Shown: piece by piece, positions 1-9,047 of the stretch
Layout of the letters: each line of letters opens with the position of its first letter
Numbering within the stretch: the stretch's first letter is position 1
From: a virus
Lineage: Duplodnaviria > Caudoviricetes
DNA: 41,699 nucleotides
Strand: one strand, 5' to 3'
IMG/VR virus record: IMGVR_UViG_3300046703_000022
Location: 1-41,699 of that record
Position numbers and translations under genes: made by a program
The notes under the pieces: model-generated
Told to the model about the DNA's origin: nothing
The model's input: only the letters and a program-made list of their open reading frames with translations
Databases searched by the model: none

Positions 1-139
1 GAAGATGACAGGCATATCAAATGTTTGTACCGAGGAAGAACTCACCATCGACATGATGATTGTACTAAATATATCTGTAAGTCGATCAAAAAGACGGACC
101 TACTTTCATGGGCTGAATAATAAAAGGAGAGTGGATGAA

Positions 140-467
140 ATGAATAATGAAATTTTATTAACAATGTTTAAAGAATCGCAAACTGTATGCAATGGATTGG
201 AAAATGAATTAAAAGAATTGAGAGAAAAATTACAAGAATCGCAAAAAAAACAGTGAATGGTATGAAGGTGCCTACTTTACTCAAAGAGTTGCAAAAAAAA
301 ATATGGAATCGCAATTACAACAATCGCAGGACAGGGAACGAGTTTTGCGGGAAGCGTTAGAATATTATGCTGATATGGATATTGCCAGTAGCGTAAAAGA
401 TCGTAAGGGATGGACTGGTAATGTTGCTAGAGTAGCCTTAAAACAGGAGGAATGGCGCAATGACTGA
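140..467 (+). pseudogene. Coiled-coil phage hypothetical protein frameshifted in an A8 run (243-250)
   Basis: RBS AGGAG then ATG140; frame stops at 256, but deleting one A continues it as ...ESQKNSEWYEGAY...LREALEYYAD... to TGA 467, overlapping the next gene. Confidence 0.55.
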
Positions 468-840
468 TATGAAAGAACTATATAAACTTGCTGATGATTC
501 TAGAGTGTTGGGTGCGTTGCAGGAATTGGAAATATTGAGACGGTCACAGATGCAACCTGCCGTGAAGTATTTAGGGAATAGCATAGACGATCAATGGAAA
601 CATTTGAATAGCGAAATTGCAGAAACTTGTCATGAACTTAGAGAATATTACGATTTAACTAATATTGATAGCGAAAATTCGAAAATAATTAAAGGTAAAG
701 CGATAATGGAAATCATAGACATTCAATTCTCCTGCCAAACAATGCTTGAAGGGGCGTTAGGATTATCAAAATATCAAATAGCTGATTATGTGCAGATGGT
801 AGTTAAGAAAAATGCAGATCGAGGATACGATAAAAAATAA
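460..840 (+). CDS. Hypothetical phage protein, possibly MazG-like all-alpha NTP pyrophosphatase
   Basis: RBS AGGAGG; SEIAE...MEIIDIQFSCQT...KKNADRGY pattern. Confidence 0.5.
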   Translation: MTDMKELYKLADDSRVLGALQELEILRRSQMQPAVKYLGNSIDDQWKHLNSEIAETCHELREYYDLTNIDSENSKIIKGKAIMEIIDIQFSCQTMLEGALGLSKYQIADYVQMVVKKNADRGYDKK

Positions 841-1033
841 CTAACAATATCTGTAAATAAATACCAATTTACACCCTATCATAAACAATTATTATTACAT
901 GATAAAAATATGTATTTGATATTAGCTATATAATCTCTTGTGAGTGGCGTAATGGTGGGTAGGTTGAACGTAAATTTATTACGAATACGAATGGTTATAA
1001 TGCAAGTTCAAAATCAATACAGGAGGTTTAAGT

Positions 1034-1282
1034 GTGGATAACAAATCAGCAATAGACAAATTTATCAATCTAGCAGAGAGATTGGACAAGCCTAAAATAT
1101 CAGAACAGCAAGAATATTGGCAGGGACAAGCAATAGTGCTAGCAGATAAGTGTAAAAAGACTATGGTAGTTACCAATGATGATGGTAATTTACAGGTTTG
1201 GAGTAAGTTTATAGCGGACAGATGCGGAGCTAAGTATGAGTATATTGCTGAATATAACGGAGGTAATGAAAATGTCAATTAA
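1034..1282 (+). CDS. Hypothetical protein
   Basis: AGGAGG RBS before GTG; upstream AT-rich promoter-like region. Confidence 0.65.
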   Translation: MDNKSAIDKFINLAERLDKPKISEQQEYWQGQAIVLADKCKKTMVVTNDDGNLQVWSKFIADRCGAKYEYIAEYNGGNENVN

Positions 1283-1448
1283 TTTGTCTTGTAAAAATGA
1301 AACTTGTAAATTTTATTGGGAAGATTGTTGCACTAAACATATGGCAAATGAAATTATATTTTTAGATGCAAACGGTAAGTGCGAGACATTTGAAGATGGT
1401 GTTGCGGACTGGTACCATGATGAAAAGGATAGTGTTGCTAATGATTAA
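1272..1448 (+). CDS. Small Cys-rich hypothetical protein
   Basis: GGAGGT RBS; MSINLSCKNETCKFYWEDCC; overlaps neighbours. Confidence 0.55.
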   Translation: MSINLSCKNETCKFYWEDCCTKHMANEIIFLDANGKCETFEDGVADWYHDEKDSVAND

Positions 1449-1587
1449 ACTAACAGAATGGCAAGTAAAGTTTATTAAAAACGCTATACACAAAGCTATT
1501 ATTGGCAAAATAACTAGCGATTATACGGAAATAGAGAAATTTAGGGATGAATTTTACAAAAGTTATCCTGAAAGCGGGGTGGAATAA
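1441..1587 (+). CDS. Hypothetical protein
   Basis: AAGGA RBS; coupled to the next gene (TAATG). Confidence 0.5.
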   Translation: MIKLTEWQVKFIKNAIHKAIIGKITSDYTEIEKFRDEFYKSYPESGVE

Positions 1588-1841
1588 TGATGAGAATGTT
1601 ATTTAAACATACTGGACAAATATTTAGGCATTTTAAAGGTGATTTATACTTAATGCTTGGATTTGCACAGCATACGGAAACAGGCGAGAAGATGGTAGTT
1701 TATCAAGCTTTATATGATGATTGTGAAATGTATGTGCGACCTTACGATATGTTTGCAGAAGAAGTACCGAAAAATAAAGCTAATCCAACAGGTCAAAAGT
1801 ATCGTTTTGAACTTCATCGTGTTTTAAGCGAGGTGGAGTAA
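1587..1841 (+). CDS. DUF1653 family protein
   Basis: FRHFKGDLY...HTETGEKMVVYQALY...YVRPYDMF...QKYRFE motif. Confidence 0.9.
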   Translation: MMRMLFKHTGQIFRHFKGDLYLMLGFAQHTETGEKMVVYQALYDDCEMYVRPYDMFAEEVPKNKANPTGQKYRFELHRVLSEVE

Positions 1842-2122
1842 TGGCAACAGAAAGTCAGATACAAGCAGATATACAAGAATATTTGAGATATAATGGATGG
1901 TTTGTGTTCAAAATTCATCAACAAGGTAAATTTTGCTACAAGGGAATAACTGACTTGATTGCTGTAAAAGATGGACAAACGTTATTTTGTGAGGTTAAAA
2001 ATGATAAAGGTAAACTTCGGCCGGAGCAGATTAAGTTTATGGATGATATTTTAGAACACGGTGGTGTACATGTGGTGGCTCGTAGCATTGATGATGTGCG
2101 AAATATTATAAAGGCGGTATAG
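1841..2122 (+). CDS. VRR-NUC domain nuclease (Holliday-junction resolvase-like)
   Basis: ESQIQ...GITDL...FCEVKNDKGKLRPEQ PD-(D/E)xK motif. Confidence 0.88.
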   Translation: MATESQIQADIQEYLRYNGWFVFKIHQQGKFCYKGITDLIAVKDGQTLFCEVKNDKGKLRPEQIKFMDDILEHGGVHVVARSIDDVRNIIKAV

Positions 2123-2124
2123 GT

Positions 2125-2949
2125 ATGAAAATTAAGATTATAAATGGATATGGTTGGTATGAAAATTTAGTAGGAAGTGTTGTAAATGTAGAACTTAAAG
2201 GTGGAATGTATATTAAATATTGGAATGAAAATAAGAATAATTTTAATACTATACCTGTTGAAGATGCGGAAGTGGTGGAAGAAGAAAAGAAGATATGTAA
2301 AACATGTTATTTTGATAAGTTTTATGAGATTACTAAAAATTGTAATAAAGTAACTATAAATAAAATTACAAATGAACCTGAATGCTTGGAATGGAAATCA
2401 GACAAAGAAATGATTAAAAATAAAGAAAAAGAAACTGAACAACGTAGGAGATTAGAAGAGAAAAGTTGCAAAAACTGTGGAGTGGAAGATTGCAACTTAT
2501 GTAATGATAAATTTATAAGGTGGCAACCAATTGAACAGACAGAAGAAAAGAGTTGCCAAACTTGCAAAACTAAAAATAACATATGCGCAAATACTATGGG
2601 AACAAGAGGTTTATGTACTGCTAATAACCGTTTTCTTTGGATGCCAATAGAATCAACAGAAGGGGAATATAGAAGATTGAAGTTTGAGGATGGTTTACAA
2701 TTTAAAGCAACTGGTACGACTGATGATGCAACACATTATCAAGTATCAGACAAGCAACCAATAGAGATAATGCAATCTATAATGACTGCAGAACAGTTTG
2801 AAGGGTATTGCCTAGGTAATGTAATTAAATATGCTCTGAGGATGAATCACAAAGGACAGAAGCGGTCTGATGCTGGTAAGTGCTGGCAGTATACTAAATG
2901 GCTAGTACAGGCTATGGATGGCAAAAAGATTGTATTGGGGGATAAATAA
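2125..2949 (+). CDS. Cys-rich repeat protein with C-terminal DUF3310 domain
   Basis: Three E(E)K-x-CxxC repeats; C-terminal HYQ...PIEIM...GYCLGNVIKYALR...KG...DAGK. Confidence 0.75.
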   Translation: MKIKIINGYGWYENLVGSVVNVELKGGMYIKYWNENKNNFNTIPVEDAEVVEEEKKICKTCYFDKFYEITKNCNKVTINKITNEPECLEWKSDKEMIKNKEKETEQRRRLEEKSCKNCGVEDCNLCNDKFIRWQPIEQTEEKSCQTCKTKNNICANTMGTRGLCTANNRFLWMPIESTEGEYRRLKFEDGLQFKATGTTDDATHYQVSDKQPIEIMQSIMTAEQFEGYCLGNVIKYALRMNHKGQKRSDAGKCWQYTKWLVQAMDGKKIVLGDK

Positions 2950-2950
2950 C

Positions 2951-3427
2951 ATGGCACTTAAGGAAGAAATAAGACAATTTACCGATAATGAAATAGAAAC
3001 CATATTGAGATCATACCCGCGACTAAAAGGGCAGAGCGAAATAATTAGAGAACAATTATTTGGTCTATTCCCTAGTTGTGTGGGATGCGGAAACGATGGA
3101 CAACCTAAAGCAGTAGGAGGAATTAGTAGACAAACTGAATCGTACGGCATTAAGAACGCTGTAAATAGAGAATATTTGCAAGCTAAGGTAAAACAGACAG
3201 TAGACCAAGTAAGGAGCATAGAAATAGCCTATGAAGCGTTACATAGTGATGGTCAGTCATTGGTTAAATGTTACTATTACAATAAAGAAAGACGTTATGA
3301 GGTTCAATCTAGTATGAATATATCAGACAGACAGTTTGATCGTATTAGGCGTGAAACTATCAACACAGTTAATGCAATATTATCAATGTCATTAAAAGGT
3401 GACGATAAAGTGGGCATATTGTCGTAG
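2951..3427 (+). CDS. ArpU/RinA-family late transcriptional activator
   Basis: IETILRSYP N-terminus, C-terminal HTH (MNISDRQFDRIRR); position before the packaging genes; GGGGA RBS. Confidence 0.75.
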   Translation: MALKEEIRQFTDNEIETILRSYPRLKGQSEIIREQLFGLFPSCVGCGNDGQPKAVGGISRQTESYGIKNAVNREYLQAKVKQTVDQVRSIEIAYEALHSDGQSLVKCYYYNKERRYEVQSSMNISDRQFDRIRRETINTVNAILSMSLKGDDKVGILS

Positions 3428-3573
3428 ATTATAGACAATAAGTGATAAGATGTAATAAGTCAAAACAATAAATATTACACAATAATGATTCTTTTTGACT
3501 TAGGGAGTTCAAAGTAACTTTGCCCTTGCGGTGGATGGATTGATAACCGCAACCCTTTTAGGGAAATATAATA

Positions 3574-3607
3574 TAGGTGCTTGCAGAAATGTGAGTGCCT
3601 TTTATTT
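3574..3607 (+). terminator. Putative intrinsic terminator
   Basis: AGGTGCTTGCA-GAAA-TGTGAGTGCCT followed by TTTATTT. Confidence 0.5.
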
Positions 3608-4157
3608 ATGTATATAAAGGTGGTGATGCTGTGTGCAAAGAGTTTAATAGAGATGTTTCATTGCCCTGGATTCACGAACTAATCAACAAGTGCCTAGTGT
3701 GCCTGTATTATAAAGAGTGTGGTGATCAGAACCTTAAGACTGCTTTGTGTCATGGCTATCAGTATGGTAATAAACGTAATGGTATTTTACGCTAGTATGA
3801 TTGTATAGGGTACCTAATTAAAGTTGCTTACAATCGACGTGAGAGGGTGTTAATGTGGCGTTATTAATATACGAAGTGGTGATGTTTGGTTTGATTGCAC
3901 TTGGTGGTGTATTTATAGTTAGTTTGTGTATTGGTAGTTCTAATGAGAGATAATAAATATATTAATAAGGATGTGACTGATTTGGAATTAAAAGAAATTA
4001 TTTATCAACTTGAGATGTGCAGATTTGAATGCGAAGCTGGACCATTGGAAATGAATGAGGCTTTTATTGCACTTAAAGAAATGGATAATAGAATGTCTAA
4101 TAGAATGGCTATGTGATTGGTATTATATTGGTAATTACTTCTAAGTGAGGTAGATGT

Positions 4158-4316
4158 ATGGTAGTTTATATAGTTTACAATATTGATGATTTGTGCGGAA
4201 GTGGCGGAATAGAAGAAGTATTTTCGAATAAACAATCAGCACAATCATTCATTGATGATCAACCTGCAAGAGATAGATGGATGCTTGAGATACAAGAATG
4301 GACAGTAGAAGATTAA
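4158..4316 (+). CDS. Small hypothetical protein (52 aa, not in ORF track)
   Basis: GAGGT RBS; MVVYIVYNIDD...IQEWTVED. Confidence 0.55.
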   Translation: MVVYIVYNIDDLCGSGGIEEVFSNKQSAQSFIDDQPARDRWMLEIQEWTVED

Positions 4317-4612
4317 ATGATAAGTGAGGTGAGATGATTGATAAAATGGATAAATGATTTTATTTGGTTTGTTAAACATAGCTATAGTTACATGGAAGGA
4401 AGACATAATGTTTATTTTTGGATGAATGTAATACCTATTTCAATTTCGTTGGCTAATAGCAGTAAGGATTAAATGAGGAGATATGATAAAGAAGGTGTTG
4501 TTAATGGACATAATGACTAGTATTTTTATTGCAGCATGCTTGGTTAATATATATTTACTTATGGATAATCAGAAAAAGATTAATGATATTGAGAAAATAA
4601 GAGGTGAGATGA

Positions 4613-4981
4613 ATGGCTCCTTTAGGAAATAAAAATGCTGTAGGTAGACCAAGGACATATGATCCTTTAGATATTGCTGAAAAATATAGTGTTTATGTGG
4701 ATAATACGGAATTCCCTATGATTGAAGAGTTCTGTTTACAATATGGTATTTCTAGGGCTAGATTCTATGTAATTAAGGATGAATGTGCAGAGTTGCAAGA
4801 CATAGAAGAAAAAGCAGCCATAAAAGGACAGGTACATTTGACTAAAGGAATGATTAATGACACTGTGAAATTCCTGCCTGCTTGCTATCTAACTAAGCAA
4901 TCTCGTTGGGGTGGATATAAGGAGAAAGAAACAGTTGATATAAATCTTAGCGGTGGAGTTACCATTAAGTGGGATGAATAG
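4613..4981 (+). CDS. terS: Terminase small subunit
   Basis: MAPLGNKNAVGRPRTY N-terminal motif, C-terminal ETVDINLSGGVTIKW; upstream of terL. Confidence 0.8.
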   Translation: MAPLGNKNAVGRPRTYDPLDIAEKYSVYVDNTEFPMIEEFCLQYGISRARFYVIKDECAELQDIEEKAAIKGQVHLTKGMINDTVKFLPACYLTKQSRWGGYKEKETVDINLSGGVTIKWDE

Positions 4982-5363
4982 ACTCCCTAACTGACTGATT
5001 ATAACTTTATGATTATCAATTAGATGTAGGTAAATGAGAATACTGGTGTCCGATAAGTAAAGATTATTGGACATTAGACATGATTTAATATGAATGTCGC
5101 GGTGTGGACAGTGACACACATCACGCTTATATAAGCATCAAATGACGGGCTGAGAGAGGGTTGCCTTTTCTGGTTGCGATTCCAGACGACATTCATATAA
5201 ATTATCCTGATAGCGACCCCGTACCCCAAACTTTCGCGTCGTGTCATGTCATGGGTAGCAACACACAAATTTTTTAACAAAAAAGAGAAAAAATAATCCA
5301 CCATATGGAACACAAATACTTTCCTAAAATTTAATTTTCACATATAAAAAGCGAGGTTGTAAT

Positions 5364-5552
5364 ATGCAACACATTTGTAAAGAATCAAAATTACGTATTG
5401 AATCAGAATATATATCCGAGATAACGAATGAATATATATCTGAGATAACGAATGATGGTAATGAATGGAAAGTGATATTTTATGGTGGTGAAGGATTTGA
5501 ATATTTACCGGTTACTTATTGTCCATATTGTGGAGCTAGATTAACGGATTAA
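5364..5552 (+). CDS. Small zinc-ribbon hypothetical protein with a 24-bp internal tandem duplication
   Basis: GAGGT RBS; YCPYCG; EYISEITN x2 (5406-5453). Confidence 0.6.
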   Translation: MQHICKESKLRIESEYISEITNEYISEITNDGNEWKVIFYGGEGFEYLPVTYCPYCGARLTD

Positions 5553-5626
5553 GACTAAGAGGGACAACTTCGCAAAATAAGTGTCTTGAAGCCTTATGTA
5601 GTATGGGATAGAGGCGTGTTGGTGCG

Positions 5627-5675
5627 AGTACCCACTGAGTACTTATAAGCGTTTAAAAGTACCCACTGAGTACTT
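5627..5675. repeat. Two 18-bp direct repeats AGTACCCACTGAGTACTT, each near-palindromic
   Basis: Exact copies at 5627-5644 and 5658-5675. Confidence 0.9.
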
Positions 5676-5698
5676 TTAATTTGATAAAGAGGTGATAT

Positions 5699-6199
5699 AT
5701 GTCTAATATAGGCAGGATAGTTGATGATGATGGACAGGTTATAGGGGCTATACAAGAAGGTGATAGGATAGTTCGTAAAGCTACCGTAGAACACCTTAAA
5801 GATACAGAGGTATGGAGTATAGAACATTTCTATAAAGGGAATATGGATGAAGTTAGAAAGCAACTTGAAAGCCTATCAGTATATGAGAAGGCTTTTTTAT
5901 TTTGCATTGTTTCTTATGTTGGGTATGAAGATTGCTGCATTAAATATGATAACGGTAATTGTATAGGTTTTGATGATCTTGTTAAGTTAAGCAGAATGGG
6001 TAGAACTAAAACGCTTAATACAATTAATGAACTTATTAAGAAAGACATTATTTATAAAGGTAAAAATAGTAAAGGCCTACAGTATTTTATTAACCCTTGG
6101 CTATTTTGTAGAGGTAAACGTATTGATGTAGTGTTAAAAACCATGTTTAAGAATTACCGTATAAAGGTTAGGAATGGTGTTAAATGGAGTGAACTATAA
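5699..6199 (+). CDS. RepL-like winged-helix protein (Firmicute plasmid replication protein family)
   Basis: wHTH (FDDLVKLSRMGRTKTLNTINELIKKDII) followed by YFINPWLFCRG. Confidence 0.65.
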   Translation: MSNIGRIVDDDGQVIGAIQEGDRIVRKATVEHLKDTEVWSIEHFYKGNMDEVRKQLESLSVYEKAFLFCIVSYVGYEDCCIKYDNGNCIGFDDLVKLSRMGRTKTLNTINELIKKDIIYKGKNSKGLQYFINPWLFCRGKRIDVVLKTMFKNYRIKVRNGVKWSEL

Positions 6200-6241
6200 A
6201 TGGCTAAATCAACAGTAATAACAATTCCATACAAAAAATAA
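6200..6241 (+). pseudogene. Remnant 5' end of terL (MAKSTVITIPYKK*)
   Basis: Shares AATAACAATTCCATACAA (6217-6234) with the terL start (7420-7437); GGAG RBS. Confidence 0.7.
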
Positions 6242-6254
6242 AAGAGGTGTTTAA

Positions 6255-6476
6255 ATGCCCAAAGATATTCGTTGTACATGTCATAATAAACTAGCCGAAC
6301 AAAATGATATTGCAATTAAAATTATGTGCAGAAAATGTAAGAATGTTACTGAAATATCTAAACATATCAAAACTGCTTATAATATCAAAAAAATCGCAGA
6401 AGAAAACAAAAACATTGGGTTAGTAGAAAAATCAACAGAAATTATTAATATTTTAGAATCAATGGTGGAGAAATGA
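6255..6476 (+). CDS. Mu Com-like zinc-finger regulator
   Basis: DIRCTCHNKLAE...IKIMCRKCKNVTEI. Confidence 0.65.
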   Translation: MPKDIRCTCHNKLAEQNDIAIKIMCRKCKNVTEISKHIKTAYNIKKIAEENKNIGLVEKSTEIINILESMVEK

Positions 6477-6934
6477 AACTAATACCATTAACACAAAGTA
6501 AATTTGCTATGGTAGATGATGAAGATTATGAAAATGTTTGTAAATATAAATGGAATTTTAGCGTTAAAGGAAGAAACATAAATGCTAGGGTTGATGGAAA
6601 AGCTGTTTGTTTAGTAAGTTTTTTATTTGGCTCTACATATAAAAACAGAATAAAACAAATAAATGGTAATAAGTTAGATTTACGCAAAGAAAACAATATT
6701 TATTATCCGCACAATGCTGATACTCAAGGATGTAAACCCAAAAAAGAGACATCATCTAAATATTGTGGAGTTACATGGAAAAAACAAATTAATCGGTGGG
6801 TTAGTCAAGTTAAACATAATAGAGAAATGTATTATATTGGTTGTTATAAAGATGAAGTGGAGGCGGCTAAAGCTTATAATATTAAAGCATTGGAGTTGTT
6901 TGGCGAAAATGCAAGGTTAAACATAATATATTAG
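6473..6934 (+). CDS. HNH-AP2 homing-endonuclease-like protein with degenerate HNH
   Basis: MKLIPLTQSKFAMVDDEDY N-terminus; KQINGNKLDLRKEN; AP2 domain SSKYCGVTW...EAAKAYN...FGENARLN. Confidence 0.85.
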   Translation: MKLIPLTQSKFAMVDDEDYENVCKYKWNFSVKGRNINARVDGKAVCLVSFLFGSTYKNRIKQINGNKLDLRKENNIYYPHNADTQGCKPKKETSSKYCGVTWKKQINRWVSQVKHNREMYYIGCYKDEVEAAKAYNIKALELFGENARLNIIY

Positions 6935-6943
6935 AGGCTCTCG

Positions 6944-6990
6944 AAGCCCATCGTTTATTACAACTACGTAATAAACGATGGGCTTTTTTA
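6944..6990. terminator. Long hairpin terminator between convergent genes
   Basis: AAGCCCATCGTTTATTAC...GTAATAAACGATGGGCTT followed by a T-run. Confidence 0.85.
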
Positions 6991-6992
6991 TT

Positions 6993-7322
6993 TTAATCGA
7001 TTCTTCGTATTTTACCGTATTGGTTTTGTTCTTCCTGTTGTTTTGATTTTTCATAACTTTTTTTCTTTATCCATGATAAAACTTCATGCAAATTAAAAAA
7101 TACTCGCTTACCAATATTGAACGAAGGACAATTTTCTTTTTGTCTCATTGTTCTAACCGCTGTATATGATATACCTAATTCTGCAGCTAGCTCCTTTTCG
7201 TTTAAAACTCTATTGCTTATAGGTATTGGCTCTTGTCTATCTTCTTTTTCTAATACCTGTGAGAAGTGGTTAAGTGCTGTGCTTAATTGTTTTACGGCAT
7301 AAATTAATTCTTTATTATCCAT
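6993..7322 (-). CDS. Excisionase-like HTH_17 DNA-binding protein
   Basis: VLNEKELAAELGISYTAVRTMRQ...PSFNIGKRVFFNLHEVLSWI; AAGGAG RBS; TG-T-TATAAT upstream on the minus strand. Confidence 0.75.
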   Translation of the reverse strand: MDNKELIYAVKQLSTALNHFSQVLEKEDRQEPIPISNRVLNEKELAAELGISYTAVRTMRQKENCPSFNIGKRVFFNLHEVLSWIKKKSYEKSKQQEEQNQYGKIRRID

Positions 7323-7408
7323 ATGTAGCAATCTCCTTTCTAGTTACTTTTTTATTATAACACCTTAATAGATTACTTTTTATTTCGCAAAAATGAAGAA
7401 GGTGTAAT

Positions 7409-8797
7409 ATGGCAACAACAATAACAATTCCATACAAGCCACGATCCCCCATGAATGAAATACATAAGCAACTAGAAGCCCACAGGTTCAATATATTAGT
7501 AGCCCATAGGCGTATGGGTAAGTCAGTAGGAACTATCAACCACACTATCAAGATGGCTCTTAAAAACACCTTGTGGCAACCTAGATATGCTTACATAGCA
7601 CCATATAGGAATCAAGCTAAGCTGATTATATGGGACTACTTGAAAAAGTACACTGGTGGTATCCCTAAAGTAAAGTTCAACGAGTCTGAACTATATGCGG
7701 AGTTTCTTGATAGAAGAATTTATTTGTTTGGTGCTGATAATCCTGATGCAATTCGTGGTGCTTACTGGGATGGAGTTGTACTTGACGAATACGCACAGAT
7801 CAAGCCAGAGGTATGGGGTGAAATTATTATGCCTGCTCTACTTGATAGACAAGGGTGGGCGGTGTTCAGCGGTACCCCTAAAGGACAGAATCACTTCTAT
7901 GATGCTACTTTGACAGCGCAGAAGCTAATGAGCGAGGGTGATCCTAATTGGTGGTGTGGAATATACAGGGCTGATGAAACAAAGGTAATGTCTGATGCTG
8001 ATTTGGAACTTGCAAGAAAAACTTCAACTTCTGATAATCAATATAGGCAAGAGTTTCTATGTGACTTTACTGCCTCTTCTGAAAATATATTGATCACTAT
8101 TGACCTTGTTACTGATTCTGCTAAAAAGACTAAAAGACCAGAAGATATATTGGGTGCTCCTAGGGTATTAGGCATTGATGTTGCCAGATATGGAGGGGAT
8201 AAGTCAGTTATATTTAAGAGACAAGGATTACAAGCATTCAATCCTTTGATATTTGAAAAGATTGATAATATGACATTTGCTGGACGTATTGCTAATGAAA
8301 TAAAAGAGTTTAAACCTGATGCGGTTTTCATTGATGCAGGACGTGGTGAGGGTGTTATTGATAGGTTAAGACAACTTGGCTACAGTGTGACAGAGGTTAA
8401 TTTCGGTGGAACTGCTTTAAACCATAATCATTATGAAAATAGACGTTCTGAGATGTGGGATCTTATGAAACAGTGGATAGAATCTGGTGGATGTATACCT
8501 AATAACTCACAACTGAAAAGCGAGTTAGTAACTCCTTCCTACACGTTAAATAAAAGGGACAAGTTTCAATTAGAATCAAAAGATGATATTAAAAAACGGC
8601 TAGGGAATTCGCCAGATTTAGCGGATGCTCTAGCCTTAACTTTTGCCATGCCAGTTGCTTCCAGTGCTGACGTTGGACATTACGCAAACCGGCCACAATT
8701 CGCAATAGCAGGGTACAATCCAATACAAAATAACAACAATTCAAGGCAATTTGCCAATTCTTCATACAATCCAATTCAGAGCAAAAGGAGGAGATAA
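7409..8797 (+). CDS. terL: Terminase large subunit
   Basis: Walker A HRRMGKS, Walker B VVLDEY, GTPKG, RNase H-like GIDVARYGGD...SPDLADALAL. Confidence 0.95.
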   Translation: MATTITIPYKPRSPMNEIHKQLEAHRFNILVAHRRMGKSVGTINHTIKMALKNTLWQPRYAYIAPYRNQAKLIIWDYLKKYTGGIPKVKFNESELYAEFLDRRIYLFGADNPDAIRGAYWDGVVLDEYAQIKPEVWGEIIMPALLDRQGWAVFSGTPKGQNHFYDATLTAQKLMSEGDPNWWCGIYRADETKVMSDADLELARKTSTSDNQYRQEFLCDFTASSENILITIDLVTDSAKKTKRPEDILGAPRVLGIDVARYGGDKSVIFKRQGLQAFNPLIFEKIDNMTFAGRIANEIKEFKPDAVFIDAGRGEGVIDRLRQLGYSVTEVNFGGTALNHNHYENRRSEMWDLMKQWIESGGCIPNNSQLKSELVTPSYTLNKRDKFQLESKDDIKKRLGNSPDLADALALTFAMPVASSADVGHYANRPQFAIAGYNPIQNNNNSRQFANSSYNPIQSKRRR

Positions 8798-8798
8798 C

Positions 8799-9044
8799 AT
8801 GTGTGGAATAGTCGGAACTTTACTAGGTGGACTTTTTGGACAAAATCAGAAAGCATCTACACCAACAGTTTCAGCACCACCAACAACCGTTGATGTTACA
8901 AGCGGAACAGATACATTAGAAGCTGGTAAGTCTGCAAAACAGAAAGCAGCAGCAGCAACAGGTTACCAATCAACAATTAAAACATCTTCTAGTGGTGACA
9001 CATCAACAGCTACAACTAATAAAAAGTCATTGTTGGGGAGTTAA
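8799..9044 (+). CDS. Small virion/assembly protein preceding the portal
   Basis: AGGAGG RBS; MCG start, S/T/A-rich, ends KKSLLGS. Confidence 0.65.
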   Translation: MCGIVGTLLGGLFGQNQKASTPTVSAPPTTVDVTSGTDTLEAGKSAKQKAAAATGYQSTIKTSSSGDTSTATTNKKSLLGS

Positions 9045-9047
9045 TTT

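Noticed and set aside
3480-3565. tRNA or riboswitch downstream of the activator gene
   Set aside because: Only an isolated TTGCGGT/ACCGCAA hairpin; no cloverleaf or aptamer consensus recognised
5406-5453. 24-bp tandem repeat as a regulatory array
   Set aside because: Simple in-frame duplication within a CDS
6235-7419. Group I intron interrupting terL
   Set aside because: No recognisable P/Q/R/S core; contains a terminator and an opposed gene; terL has its own RBS and start
8696-8780. Duplicated QFA...YNPIQ at the terL C-terminus
   Set aside because: Short degenerate duplication in a likely disordered tail; no evidence of function
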